This document shows, in pieces, positions 45,597-55,937 of a stretch of DNA of 64,000 bases. The DNA is from an uncultured Alphaproteobacteria bacterium (GTDB lineage: Bacteria > Pseudomonadota > Alphaproteobacteria > Rhizobiales > Xanthobacteraceae). The stretch covers positions 299,949 through 363,948 of the forward strand of contig CAWIRP010000002.1 of NCBI GenBank assembly GCA_963838595.1, read 5' to 3'. The position numbers and the translations under genes were made by a program. The notes under the pieces are model-generated. The model was not told the DNA's origin, did no database searches, and saw nothing but the letters and a program-made list of their open reading frames with translations. The number at the start of each line of letters is the position of its first letter. The stretch's first letter is position 1.

Positions 45597-46453
45597 GCCC
45601 GTCGCGCTCCGCCGCGCCGCGCTTCGTCGTCCTTGAGGCCCTTGCTCGCCTCCTCGCGCAGGTCGTTCCAGATTTGCGCGACGTAGTGGCCGAACGCGTC
45701 GCTGCCGACGATCTCGGAGGAGCGCGGCCGCGGCAGCTTGATCTCGACCATGCGCTTGGTCCTGCCGGGCCGGTAGGTCATCACCAGGATGCGGTCGGAG
45801 AGCTGCACCGCTTCGGTCAGGTTGTGGGTGATCAGCAGCGTGGTCTGCTTCAGGTCCTGCTGGATCTGCAGCACCTTGTCGCCGAGCAGCAGCCGCGTCT
45901 GCTCGTCGAGCGCGGCGAACGGCTCGTCCATCAGCAGGATCTTCGGCTCGGAGGCGAGCGTGCGCGCCATCGAGACGCGCTGGCGCATGCCGCCGGACAG
46001 CTCGGACGGATAGCGCCGCTCGAAGCCGTCGAGGCCGACCAGCTCGACGAAGTGCCGCGCCTTCTCCAGCCGCTCGGCCTTCGCCATGCCGGCGATCTCC
46101 AGCGGGAACGCCACGTTGTCGAGCACGGTGCGCCAGGGAAAGGTCAACTCCTCCTGGAAGATCATGCCGATCGACGGATGCGGCCCGCGCACCGTCTCGC
46201 CGGCCACGCTGACGCGGCCCTCGTAGTCGTCGAGCAGGCCGCCCATGATGTTGAACAGCGTGGACTTGCCGCAGCCCGACGGCCCGATCACCGCCAGGAA
46301 CTCGCCCGGCATCACGTTGAACGAAATGCCATCGACCGCCGTGAGCGTGCCCTCCGGCGTCTCGAACCGCTTGACGATGTTGTCGACGACCAGGAGCGGC
46401 TCAGCCGCTCCTGGTTCTTGCGCGCGCGCGGCAGGGTTTGACGCAATGCTCAT
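45593..46453 (-). CDS. ABC transporter ATP-binding protein (SsuB/TauB-like)
   Basis: Walker A GPSGCGKST, LSGGMRQR, LLMDEPFAALD, ITH. Confidence 0.93.
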   Translation of the reverse strand: MSIASNPAARAQEPGAAEPLLVVDNIVKRFETPEGTLTAVDGISFNVMPGEFLAVIGPSGCGKSTLFNIMGGLLDDYEGRVSVAGETVRGPHPSIGMIFQEELTFPWRTVLDNVAFPLEIAGMAKAERLEKARHFVELVGLDGFERRYPSELSGGMRQRVSMARTLASEPKILLMDEPFAALDEQTRLLLGDKVLQIQQDLKQTTLLITHNLTEAVQLSDRILVMTYRPGRTKRMVEIKLPRPRSSEIVGSDAFGHYVAQIWNDLREEASKGLKDDEARRGGARRA

Positions 46454-46478
46454 CAAGCCCCCTCGCCGCGCGGCTCGA

Positions 46479-48306
46479 TCAGCTGCCGCGGTCGGACTTC
46501 TGGCCGCGCGCCATCGCCGCGGCGGTCGCCGGGCTGTAGCTCGGCAGGATGCGCGCATCGACCACCGCGACGCCGCCGCCCTCGACCACCGCGATCGCTT
46601 CCTTCAGCGCCTTCTCCAGCTCGGCCGCGTTGCTGCACGGACCGAAGCCCTTGGCGCCCTGGCCGCGCGCGATCGTCGCCATGTCGATGTCCGGATCGCT
46701 GATGCGCTGACCGATCCATTTGTTGTCGACCGGCCGGTTGCGCGCGACGGCCACCCGCTCCTGATGGACCTCGTCGTTGTAGAACGAGCGATTGTTGGCC
46801 ACCACGATCAGCAGCGGAATGCGGTAGTGCACCGCAGTCCAGACCGACGTGCAGCTCATCATGAAGTCGCCGTCGCCGCAGACCGCGATCGGCATGCGGC
46901 CGGTGCCCTTGAGCGCCAGCGCCGCGCCGACCGAGATGCCGGGACCGCCACCGACGCCGCCGCCGCCATCGGAGCCGATGTAGTCGAGCGGATGGTTGAA
47001 GCTCCAGAAGTCGCCGTGCCACGACAGCGAGACGTGGGTCAGGCAGACCTTGCGGTCGCCGACCACGCCGCGCAGCACGTTCGCCATGTCGGCGGCCATC
47101 ATCGGCCCGTCGGCCGACGGCTTCGCCCGCGCAGGCTTTTCCTTGACCAGCGCGGGCTTCTTCGGCTTGGCGCGGTTGCCGATCGCCGCGAGCAGCGCCT
47201 CGACGGTGACGTCGGTCTCCGCCGGGATGAACAGGTCGACCGGCGGCAGGCCCTCGTAGTCCATGCTCCAGCCGTTGTGCAGGTTCTGGTCGAGCGACAC
47301 CTGGATGATGGTGCCGGGCGGCGCGCCACCGACGGACTTGAGCGTGCCGGCGAGATCGACCCAGTCGAGGCTCAGGATGACGTCGGCATCCTTGATCGCC
47401 TCGATCACGTCGTCGGTGACGAAGGTCGCGGGCGAGCCGATGTGCAGCGGATGATCGGTCGGGAACGCCGCGCCGATCTTGAGGTTGGTGGTGACGCGCG
47501 CGTCGAGCGCCTCGGCAAGCTGCACGCGCCGGTTCCAGTCGTCGACATTGCGCGACACGCGGCCCGCCAGGATCAGCGGACGCTTGGCCTTGAGCAGCAT
47601 GTCGGCCGCCTGCTTCACGAGCTCGGCGGACGGGCCGCTGGTCATCGGCGGCATGAAGCGCTTGTCGTCGATCGCCGGCAGCGGCGCGGCGAGCTTGCCC
47701 TCCTGCACCTCGGCGTCGAGATTGATGTAGGTCGGGCCGCACGGCGCGGTGTTCGACATCCAGTAGGCGCGCAGCACGGCTTCGCGCGCGGCGCCGGCCG
47801 ACGCCGGCTGGTCGTCCCACTTGGTGTAGTTGCGCACGATCGCGCCCTGGTCGGCCGCGGTGTGGATCCAGTCGATCCACGGGCGGCGCTTCATCGCGTC
47901 GACCGGGCCGGTGGCGCCGAGGATCAGGACCGGCATGCGGTCGCACCAGGCGTTGAAGATCGCCATGGTGGCGTGGAACAGGCCGACGTTGGAATGCACC
48001 GCGGCGGCCATCGCCTTGCCGGTGACCTTGGCGTAGCCGTGCGCGATCGCCACCGCGGCTTCTTCGTGCAGGCACAGCAGCATCTGCGGCTGCTCGTTGC
48101 CGAGGAAGTTGACGATCGAAGTCGTGCAGCCCGCGATAGGACGCACCGGGATTGAGCGCGATGTAGGGGATGTCGAGCGCGCTCAGCGTCTCGGCGACGA
48201 CGTCGCTGCCGAAGGCCGGCGCGTTGGTGCCGTAAGGCACGCTCAGCCGCTCGACCTTCGCGACGTCCGGATCGGCCTTGAGACCCGTGCTGGATTTCGG
48301 TGCCAT
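46479..48306 (-). CDS. ThDP-dependent enzyme (benzoylformate decarboxylase/acetolactate synthase-like), frameshifted
   Basis: LNPGASYRGLHD, CLHEEAAVAIAHGYAK, HSNVGL, RRPWIDWIHT, GDGDF...ANNRSFYNDE. Confidence 0.88.
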
Positions 48307-48500
48307 TGTCGTGCGCTTCCCCGTTACGGCCGGCAATCCTACGGGCGCCGGAACACACGGGACGCACGCTTACGGACGCGGCAAATTGCGCCCAAAAAAG
48401 ACCATAGGGCGCAACGCCCGTCAAACGCATTCTGGTCCGCCGCCGCATGGCAGCAGTGCCGAAAAAGCCTTGATTTTCGATGGTTTGAAGCTGCTGCCGA

Positions 48501-49841
48501 TCAGGCCGCGCGCACGCGGTTGAAGAAGTGCGCGACCTTGGTCTCGAGGTCCTGCGCGCGCGCCGAGAGCCGCGTGGTCCAGCCGGTGATCTCGCCGACC
48601 GCCGTGACGGTGCGGTTGGCGGCCTGCTCGACCGAATGGATTTCGTCCGAGGCGTGCGCGGTGTGGCCGGCGGCGTTCTGGATGCTGTTGGCGATCTCGC
48701 GCGTCGTCGCGGCCTGCTCGTCCACCGCCGACGCGACCGAGGTCGAGACCGCGGTGAGCTCGTGGATGCTGCGCGCGATCGAGGCGATTTCGCTGACCGC
48801 GCCCTTGGTCGCCTCCTGGATCGCGGCGACCTGCGCGGAAATCTCGCCGGTCGCCTTCGAGGTCTGATTGGCCAGCGCCTTCACCTCGGCGGCCACCACG
48901 GCGAAGCCCTTGCCGGCCTCGCCCGCGCGCGCCGCTTCGATGGTCGCGTTCAGCGCCAGCAGGTTGGTCTGCGCGGCGATCTTGGAGATCAGCCCGACCA
49001 CCGAGCCGATGCGCTCCGCCGCGTCGTCGAGCGAGCGGATGGTCTTGTTGGTGCGCTCGGTGTCGGCCACCGCGGAGCGCGCCATTTCGAGGCCGCGCGC
49101 GGTCTGCTGGCCGATCTCCTGGATCGAGCCGGATAGCTGCTCGGTGGCGGCGACCGTCTGGTTGACGCCCTCGGTGGTCTCCTCGGACGCCGCCGACGCC
49201 GACTTCATGCGCCGCTGGGTGTCCTCGGTGACATCGTGCATGGTCGAGGCCGTCTCGGTGAGCAGGCCGGACGCTTCCTTGATGGCTTCGATCACGCCGC
49301 CGATCGCGCCGTCGAACTCGCCGATCGCCTCGTCGATCTCCTGCGCCGGACCGAGGTCGCCTGCTCGACGCGCTGCAGGAAGATGGTCGAGGTGTTGGCG
49401 ATGTCGAAGAAGATCGCCTGCGACAGCACGCGGGCGCGCTCGGCGAGCGCCGCCGGCGAGAACCGGTGCTTTTCCGCGAGCGCGGCAATCGCGACGCGGA
49501 ACACCGCGGCGCCGGCGTTGATGCGGGCGCGGCCCTCGAAGCCGAGCGCCGTCTCCTCCTCGACCGTCTTGCGGCAGCATTCGAGATAGTGCTCGCCGAA
49601 CTCGGCCTGCAGCATGGCGCGGAACTGCGTGATCTCGATGCGTTTGATGTCGGCGGCGTGCTTGGCGTAGATCGCCGCGACCTTCGGCAGCTTGGCGGCG
49701 CCCGCGATCACCTGATCGAGCGCCGCGCCGAGCTGGGCATCGACCAACGGCGCCATCTCGCGCAGCACGGCGCGCGCGATCGTCGAGGGTGTAGTTCGCC
49801 AGCCGGGCTGCCAGTTCAGGAGCGACTTGCGGCAGCGACAT
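48501..49841 (-). CDS. Soluble globin-coupled methyl-accepting chemotaxis protein, frameshifted
   Basis: N-terminal protoglobin-like helices; MCP core [37 protein letters not shown]; no TM segment. Confidence 0.85.
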   Translation of the reverse strand: MSLPQVAPELAARLANYTLDDRARRAARDGAVGRCPARRGARSGDRGRRQAAEGRGDLRQARRRHQTHRDHAVPRHAAGRVRRALSRMLPQDGRGGDGARLRGPRPHQRRRRGVPRRDCRARGKAPVLAGGARRARPRAVAGDLLRHRQHLDHLPAARRAGDLGPAQEIDEAIGEFDGAIGGVIEAIKEASGLLTETASTMHDVTEDTQRRMKSASAASEETTEGVNQTVAATEQLSGSIQEIGQQTARGLEMARSAVADTERTNKTIRSLDDAAERIGSVVGLISKIAAQTNLLALNATIEAARAGEAGKGFAVVAAEVKALANQTSKATGEISAQVAAIQEATKGAVSEIASIARSIHELTAVSTSVASAVDEQAATTREIANSIQNAAGHTAHASDEIHSVEQAANRTVTAVGEITGWTTRLSARAQDLETKVAHFFNRVRAA

Positions 49842-50075
49842 CGCGCAACCGTTTATTGACCATAGATGCCCAGATATAGGGCACCAAAGGTTGTCCGAGC
49901 CTTAATAGGCCGCGAAACGGCTTCCGAGGCCGTCCAGGCCGGATTCACACGGGTTACGTGTAATTTCGGCGAAGCACGATCTGCCGCGGGTTTCGCCTAC
50001 CTCGCGCGGTTTGCCCACCTCCGCCTTCCTGCATAAGCTGACCGAAAAAGAGTGGCCGGGCAGGACGCGTGGGAC

Positions 50076-50459
50076 ATGGCAGCGTCGGCGGAGGAGCGCA
50101 TCCGGCAGCTCACCAGCGGGATGCTGCGCAAGAAGCTCTACGTGATCCTGTCCAAGGGCGGCGCGACGCCGGACCAGCTCGGCGCGGTCCTGCCGGAGCA
50201 TCTCGAATACATGATCGGACTGGAAAAGCGCGGCGTGCTGTTCGCGTCCGGCCCGCTCAGCACCGCGCCCGGCCAGCCGGTCGGCGACGGGCTGACCATC
50301 GTGCGCGCGGAGAGCGAGGATGACGCGCGCAAGATCGCGTCGGCCGATCCGTTCGTGGTCAACAAGGTCCGCACCTTCGAGGTGCGGGAGTGGACGGTGA
50401 TGGAAGGCTCGCTCGGCGTGCGGGTGAATTTTTCCGATCAGTCGCTGGAGATCGCGTGA
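50076..50459 (+). CDS. YciI family protein
   Basis: LPEHLEY, GVLFASGP, GLTIVRA, ADPF, REWTVMEG. Confidence 0.85.
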   Translation: MAASAEERIRQLTSGMLRKKLYVILSKGGATPDQLGAVLPEHLEYMIGLEKRGVLFASGPLSTAPGQPVGDGLTIVRAESEDDARKIASADPFVVNKVRTFEVREWTVMEGSLGVRVNFSDQSLEIA

Positions 50460-50492
50460 ACGAATAAGAAGCGATGTTGCGTGGGGAGTGAA

Positions 50493-51369
50493 ATGCAAAC
50501 AGTCGGTTTCGTCGGCGTCGGCAAGATCGGGCTTCCGATCTCGGAGAACCTGATCAAGAGCGGCTTCCGGGTGCTGGGCTATCGCCGCGGCTCGCTCGCC
50601 GATTTCGAGAAGATCGGCGGCGTGCCGGCGAAATCGCCGGCCGACATCGGCGCGCAGACCGACATCGTGTTCTCCTGCGTGCCGACCACCGAGGCGATGA
50701 ACGAGGTGGTGAACGGCCCGGACGGGCTCATTCATTCCGCGAGGCCCGGACAGATCATCGTCGAGCTCGGCTCACACCCGGTGCCGGACAAGCAGAAGCA
50801 CGTCGCGACCTTCGCCGCAGAAGGGCGCGACCTATATCGACGGCGAGGTGAGCGGCACGCCCGGCATGGTGGCGGCGCGCAAGGCGGTGATCTATCTCGC
50901 CGGCGATGCCGACGCCTGCAAGAAGCTGGAGCCCGTCATCAAGGGCTTCGCCGACATGTGCCTCTATCTTGGGCCGTTCGGCTCGGCGACCAACGTCAAG
51001 CTGATCAACAACATGCTGGTCGCGATCAACATCGCCGCGGCCGCCGAGGCAGTGGCGCTCGGCGTGAAAGCCGGCGTCGACCTGCCTTTGATGATCAAGG
51101 CCATCGCCAACGGCAGCGGCGGATCGACCCAGTTCGGCATCCGCGCGCCATGGATGGCGGAGCGCAAGTTCAAGCCGATCCAGGGCTCACCAGCCCTGCT
51201 CGCGCACTATTTCCCGAAGATCGAGAACTTGGCGACCACCAGCGGCAGCGCGACGCCGCTGTTCGATCGCGCCGCCGAGCTCTACCAGCGCTGCGCCGAT
51301 CTCGGCCTCGCCGAGGACAACGATGTCGCCGTGATGGTCGACGTGCTCAGTTCCATGCAGAGGAAGTGA
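50493..51369 (+). CDS. 3-hydroxyisobutyrate dehydrogenase-family NAD(P) oxidoreductase, frameshifted
   Basis: VGFVGVGKIG, EVSG.P, GSATNVKLINN, AAAEA. Confidence 0.85.
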
Positions 51370-51392
51370 TGATCCAAAAAGACACCCGACAA

Positions 51393-52278
51393 ATGATCCG
51401 CGTGAAGAAGATCGCGCACGCGACCTATGAGACGCCCGATCTCGACCAGCAGGTCGAGTATTACACCGACATCCTCGGCCTCAACCTCGTCGCCAAGGAC
51501 AAGGACGCGGCCTACCTCGCCTCGACGCTCGATCATCATTCGGTGGTGCTGCGCAAGGGCGGCGCGGCGCAATGCGTGCGGCTCGGCTTCCAGATCGGCG
51601 CGGACGACGATCTCGACGCGTTCGAGAAGCAGACCGCGGCGCACGGCGTCAAGACGCGGCGCCTGAAGGATCCCGAGCCGACCATCTCCGACATGGTCGC
51701 GTTCGAGGACCCGAAGGGCACCGTGATGGAGGTGTTCAAGCGGCCCGAGCCGCAGGCTCAGAAATTCCCGATCAAGGGCATCGTGCCGCACAAGATCGGC
51801 CACGTCGCGTTCCACTGCGCCGACGTCAAGCTCGTCACCAAGTTCTATCTCGACGTGCTGGGCTTCCGCGAATCCGACTGGATGGGGGACTTCTTCTCGT
51901 TCCTGCGCTGCGGCGTCGACCATCACACCATCAACCTGATGGGCACCGGCTCCAACCGGCACTTCCACACCGCGTTCGAGCTGCGCGACTGGAGCCACAT
52001 GCAGACGGCCTGCGATTTCCTGAGCCTCAACGGCTACAAGCTGATCTGGGGGCCCGGGCCGGCACGGCATCGGCCACAACCTGTTCTGCTATCATCGCGG
52101 CCCGAACGGGCTGATCACCGAGCTGTTCGCCGAGCTCGACCGCATGAACGAGGATCTCGGCTACTTCGAGCCGCGGCCCTGGCATCGCGACCGGCCGCAG
52201 CGGCCGAAGGTCTGGGCGAAGGACCCCAACGCGTCGAACTACTGGGGCATCACGCCGCCGGAAGAAATGATGAAATAA
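51393..52278 (+). CDS. Two-domain VOC protein, extradiol ring-cleavage dioxygenase-like, frameshifted
   Basis: KIGHVAF, FY.DVLGFRESD, DHHTINL, HFHTAFE, WGPGRHGIGHNLFCY, TELFAE. Confidence 0.82.
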
Positions 52279-52340
52279 GCCGCGGAGCGCGGGTCAACCG
52301 CGCCCACGATTTGGGACGGAATCAACCAAGGGAGGCCCGG

Positions 52341-53611
52341 ATGTTCGGGATGTGGAAAGCGCGCGCTGCGTGTGCTGGCGGCGATCGCCGTTGCGGCGAC
52401 TGATTTCGACTTCAGGCGCGTTGGCGCAGAGCGGCACCGATCAAGGTCGGCATCGGCCTGGCGCTGACCGGCGCCAGCGCCTCGCCCGGCAAGATGCTGC
52501 TCGCCGCGCTCGAACTCTGGCGCGACGACGTCAACGCCAAGGGCGGGCTGCTCGGCCGCAAGGTCGAGCTGATCCACTACGACGACCAGAGCACGCCGTC
52601 GAACGTGCCCGGCATCTACACCAAGCTGATCACGGTCGACAAAGTCGACCTGCTGCTCGGCCCCTACGCCACCAACTTCGTGGCGCCGGCCATGCCGACG
52701 ATCATGCAGCACAACAAGATGACGATCAGCCTCACGGCGATCGGCATCAACCGGCACTTCAACTACGACAAGTACTTCTCGATGGTCCCGGTCGGACCGG
52801 ATGGCGTGAACGCGTTCTCGAAGGGCTTCTTCGAAATCGCCGTCGCACAGAAGCCGAAGCCGCAGACTGTCGCGATCCTCGCCGCCGACGCCGAGTTCGC
52901 GCGCAGCGCCTCCGACGGCGCCCGCGAGGAACTGAAGAAGCACGGCTTCAAGGTCGTCTACGACCAGAGCTATCCGCCGGCCACCACCGACTTCACGCCG
53001 ATGGTGCGCGCGATCCAGGCCACCAACGCGGACATCGTCTATATCGCGGCCTATCCGCCGGACAACGTCGGCATCATCCGCGCCGCCAACGAGATCAATC
53101 TGCAGCCCAAGATGTTCGGCGGCGCGATGATCGGAATGCTGATCACGCCGATCCGCGTGCAGCTCGGTCCGATCGCCAACGGCCTGGTGATCTCGGAGAC
53201 CTTCCTGCCGTCGCCGAAGCTGCAGTTTGCCGGCCTCGACAACCTGATGAAGCGCTATCAGGCCAAGGCCGGCGAGCTGAAGACCGATCCGATCGGCTAC
53301 GCCTTCGTGCCGATCGGCTATGCCGCGGGGCAGATTCTGGCCAAGGCCGTAAGCGAGACCAAGAGCCTCGATCACGACAAGCTCGCCGCCTACATGCGCA
53401 GCCAACAAGTTCGACACCGTGGTCGGCGCGATCGCGTTCGGCAAGGACGGCGAATGGACGCAGGCCGCGGCAGTTCACGACGCAGGTCCAGAACGTCGCG
53501 CCGAACAATCTCGACCAGTTCCGCGACGGCTCGAAGACGCCGGTGCTGTGGCCGCCCGAGTACAAGAACGGCGACATCATCTATCCCTACGCCGACGCGC
53601 GGAAAAAGTAG
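52341..53611 (+). CDS. Branched-chain amino acid-type (LivJ-like) ABC substrate-binding protein, frameshifted
   Basis: IKVG.GLALTG, VNAKGGLLGRKVELIHYDDQS, LLGPYATN, SYPPATTDF, PVLWPPEYK. Confidence 0.85.
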
Positions 53612-53619
53612 CGCTGATA

Positions 53620-53657
53620 TGGTGTCTCCGGCGCCCACGACGGCGCCGGAGATACCA
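53620..53657. terminator. 16-bp stem hairpin right after the binding-protein gene
   Basis: TGGTGTCTCCGGCGCC-cacgac-GGCGCCGGAGATACCA with one G-U pair. Confidence 0.6.
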
Positions 53658-53669
53658 AGCGTTCACACT

Positions 53670-53882
53670 AACGTCCCGCTTCGTTCGCAAAGAACGAATC
53701 GCTTCCGAATCGAAACCGATTCCTGGCAGACAATTTTCTCTTAACGCGATCGCTGCAATCGCACGCGCGACGTTAAGCGGCAACGCGCGTTATGTTCTGC
53801 AAAACGTCTCGCTTCGTTCCGGTTCCGCGAATTGTTCTTCGAATCGGAATCGATTTCGCCAGACAAATTTTCCGTTAATGCG
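53670..53882. repeat. Two imperfect ~80-bp direct repeats (53670-53748, 53803-53882; period 133 bp)
   Basis: AACGTCyCGCTTCGTTC...CGAATCG-N4-CGATTy...CAGACAA..TTTTC..TTAAyGCG is present in both copies. Confidence 0.75.
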
Positions 53883-53916
53883 GAACCGGTTCCTGCATTT
53901 CGGAGACACGCGTGCG

Positions 53917-54885
53917 CTATTTCGCCATCGCGGGCGCGCGGCTGCTGGCGAGGAACTCCGGCCGCATCTCCATCGTCGTCGCCTTGTCCTGGATCGGCGC
54001 GCGCGGCAGCACGGCTTTGCCGCGCTCCATGTGGAACGTGTAGTCGAGCGTGTACCACGGCGCTTTCACGCCCGGCGCCGGCGGCGTGCCCTTCTCGTGG
54101 CGCACGTAGTCGCCGAGCAGCGCCTTGGTGACGCCGAACTGCACGTCGGTCTCGATGTGCGGATCCTCCGGCACGTAGACCTGCGAGATGTGGGTCTTCA
54201 GCCCTTCCTTGAAGATCAGGAAGTGCAGGTGCGCCGGCCGCATGTTGTGGCGGCCCTGCGCGCGCAGCAGATCGCCGACCGGCCCGTTGATCGGGATCGG
54301 ATAGCCGGCCGGCAGGATGCTGCGGAACGAGAAGTGGCCCTGCGCGTCGGTGGTGAACTTGCCGCGCAGGTTCATGTCGGCCTGGGTCGGGTCCTGGTTC
54401 TCGTAGAGCCCTTCGGTCGAGGACTGCCAGATGTCGACCTCGGCGTTGGCGACCGGCTTGCCGTCCGGGTCCTTCACGTGCGCGGTGACGAACAGCTCCG
54501 GTCCCGGCGTCGGCGAGCGCACGATCGAGCCGCCGTTCTCGGTGCGCGGCGAATCGAGCCGCCAGAACGGGCCGAGCAGGTTCGCCGTGGTCTCGGTCTG
54601 GCCGTTGTTGCCGTTGTTGAGCAGGCACACCAGCGTCGAGACGCCGAGCGAGCCGGACATCAGCACCGCTTCGTTGTGGAACGCGTTGGTGTTCTGCCCG
54701 ATCGCGTTGACGTAGGCCGCAGCCTGCTGGAACTCGACCTCGGACAGCTTCACCTCGCGGATGAAGGCGTGCAGGTGCCGCACCAGCGCCGACATGACCT
54801 CGCGGAAGCGCGGATCGGGCGCATGCTCGATCTCGGTCAGCACCGCCTTGGTCACGGAATCCGGACCATCGATGATCATGGCCAT
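53917..54885 (-). CDS. Intradiol ring-cleavage dioxygenase (hydroxyquinol/catechol 1,2-dioxygenase family)
   Basis: LVRHLHAFIRE, LLGPF, DIWQS..EGLYENQD, NLRGKF, GYPIP..GPVG, RPAHLHF (Tyr/Tyr/His/His ligands). Confidence 0.92.
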   Translation of the reverse strand: MAMIIDGPDSVTKAVLTEIEHAPDPRFREVMSALVRHLHAFIREVKLSEVEFQQAAAYVNAIGQNTNAFHNEAVLMSGSLGVSTLVCLLNNGNNGQTETTANLLGPFWRLDSPRTENGGSIVRSPTPGPELFVTAHVKDPDGKPVANAEVDIWQSSTEGLYENQDPTQADMNLRGKFTTDAQGHFSFRSILPAGYPIPINGPVGDLLRAQGRHNMRPAHLHFLIFKEGLKTHISQVYVPEDPHIETDVQFGVTKALLGDYVRHEKGTPPAPGVKAPWYTLDYTFHMERGKAVLPRAPIQDKATTMEMRPEFLASSRAPAMAK

Positions 54886-54989
54886 ATCTCCCGGCGGCGT
54901 TCCGCCGCCTGCTTTCGTTGCCCGAATTGATATGCTCCGAGCCGCGTTTGCTCAATCCCCGTTCGCCCCGTTTCGTCACGAGTGAGCTC

Positions 54990-55937
54990 ATGGCCCCGCA
55001 CCGCATCGACACGCACCATCACCCCTATCCGCCGGTCTACGTCGAAAAGACCCGCGAGATCCTCAAGCACACCACCCATGCCTTCTACGACCGGCTGACG
55101 ACGTGGCAGCCGAGCCAGGCGGTCGAGGCGATGGACAAGGACGGCATCGCCGTCTCGGTGCTGTCGATCGGCACGCCGAGCGTCTGGCTCGGCGACGTGC
55201 AGGCGTCGCGCACGCTGGCCCGCGAGTGCAACGACGCCGCGGCGAAGATGCAGTCCGACTACAAGGGCCGCTTCGGCCATTTCGCCACCATTCCGCTGCC
55301 GGACGTGGACGGCAGCCTGCGCGAGATCGAATATCTCTACGACACGCTCGGCGCCGACGGCATCGCGCTCACCACCAACTACGACGACAAGTATCCCGGC
55401 GAGGACGCCTTCGCGCCGGTGTTCGACGAGCTCAACCGCCGCAAGGCGGTGGTCTATTTCCATCCGACCGCGGCGAGCTTCGCGTTCAACCGCGTCAAGG
55501 ATATCCCGCCGCCGACCATCGAGTTCCCGTTCGACACCACGCGCACCATCACCAGCCTGCTGTTCAGCGGCACGTTCTCGCGCTGCCCGAACATCCGATG
55601 GATCTTCTCGCACGGCGGCGGCGCGCTCGGCATGGTGGCGAACCGGCTCGCCGGCCTCGCCAAGAACCGGCCGGAGCTGGCGGCGCGCGTGCCGAACGGC
55701 GTGAAGGCCGAGCTGAGCAAGCTCTATCTCGACGTGGTCGGCGTCACCACGCCGGGCGCGCTGGCGGCGGTGCTCGACATCGTGCCGATGTCGCAACTGC
55801 TGTTCGGCACCGACTATCCGTTCTGGGCGCCGGACATCACGGTCAACGGCCTCGCCGCGCTCAAGCTCACCGCCGCCGACCTTGCCGCGATCGAGCGCGG
55901 CAATGCGCTGAAGCTGATGCCGGGACTCGGGAAGTAG
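54990..55937 (+). CDS. Amidohydrolase_2 family (aromatic acid decarboxylase-like)
   Basis: IDTHHH, FHP, EFPFDTTR, FSHGGG, LFGTDYPF. Confidence 0.87.
   Translation: MAPHRIDTHHHPYPPVYVEKTREILKHTTHAFYDRLTTWQPSQAVEAMDKDGIAVSVLSIGTPSVWLGDVQASRTLARECNDAAAKMQSDYKGRFGHFATIPLPDVDGSLREIEYLYDTLGADGIALTTNYDDKYPGEDAFAPVFDELNRRKAVVYFHPTAASFAFNRVKDIPPPTIEFPFDTTRTITSLLFSGTFSRCPNIRWIFSHGGGALGMVANRLAGLAKNRPELAARVPNGVKAELSKLYLDVVGVTTPGALAAVLDIVPMSQLLFGTDYPFWAPDITVNGLAALKLTAADLAAIERGNALKLMPGLGK

Noticed and set aside
53670-53882. Possible CRISPR array
   Set aside because: Only two degenerate ~80-bp units, too long for CRISPR repeats, and no cas genes. Kept as an unexplained repeat.
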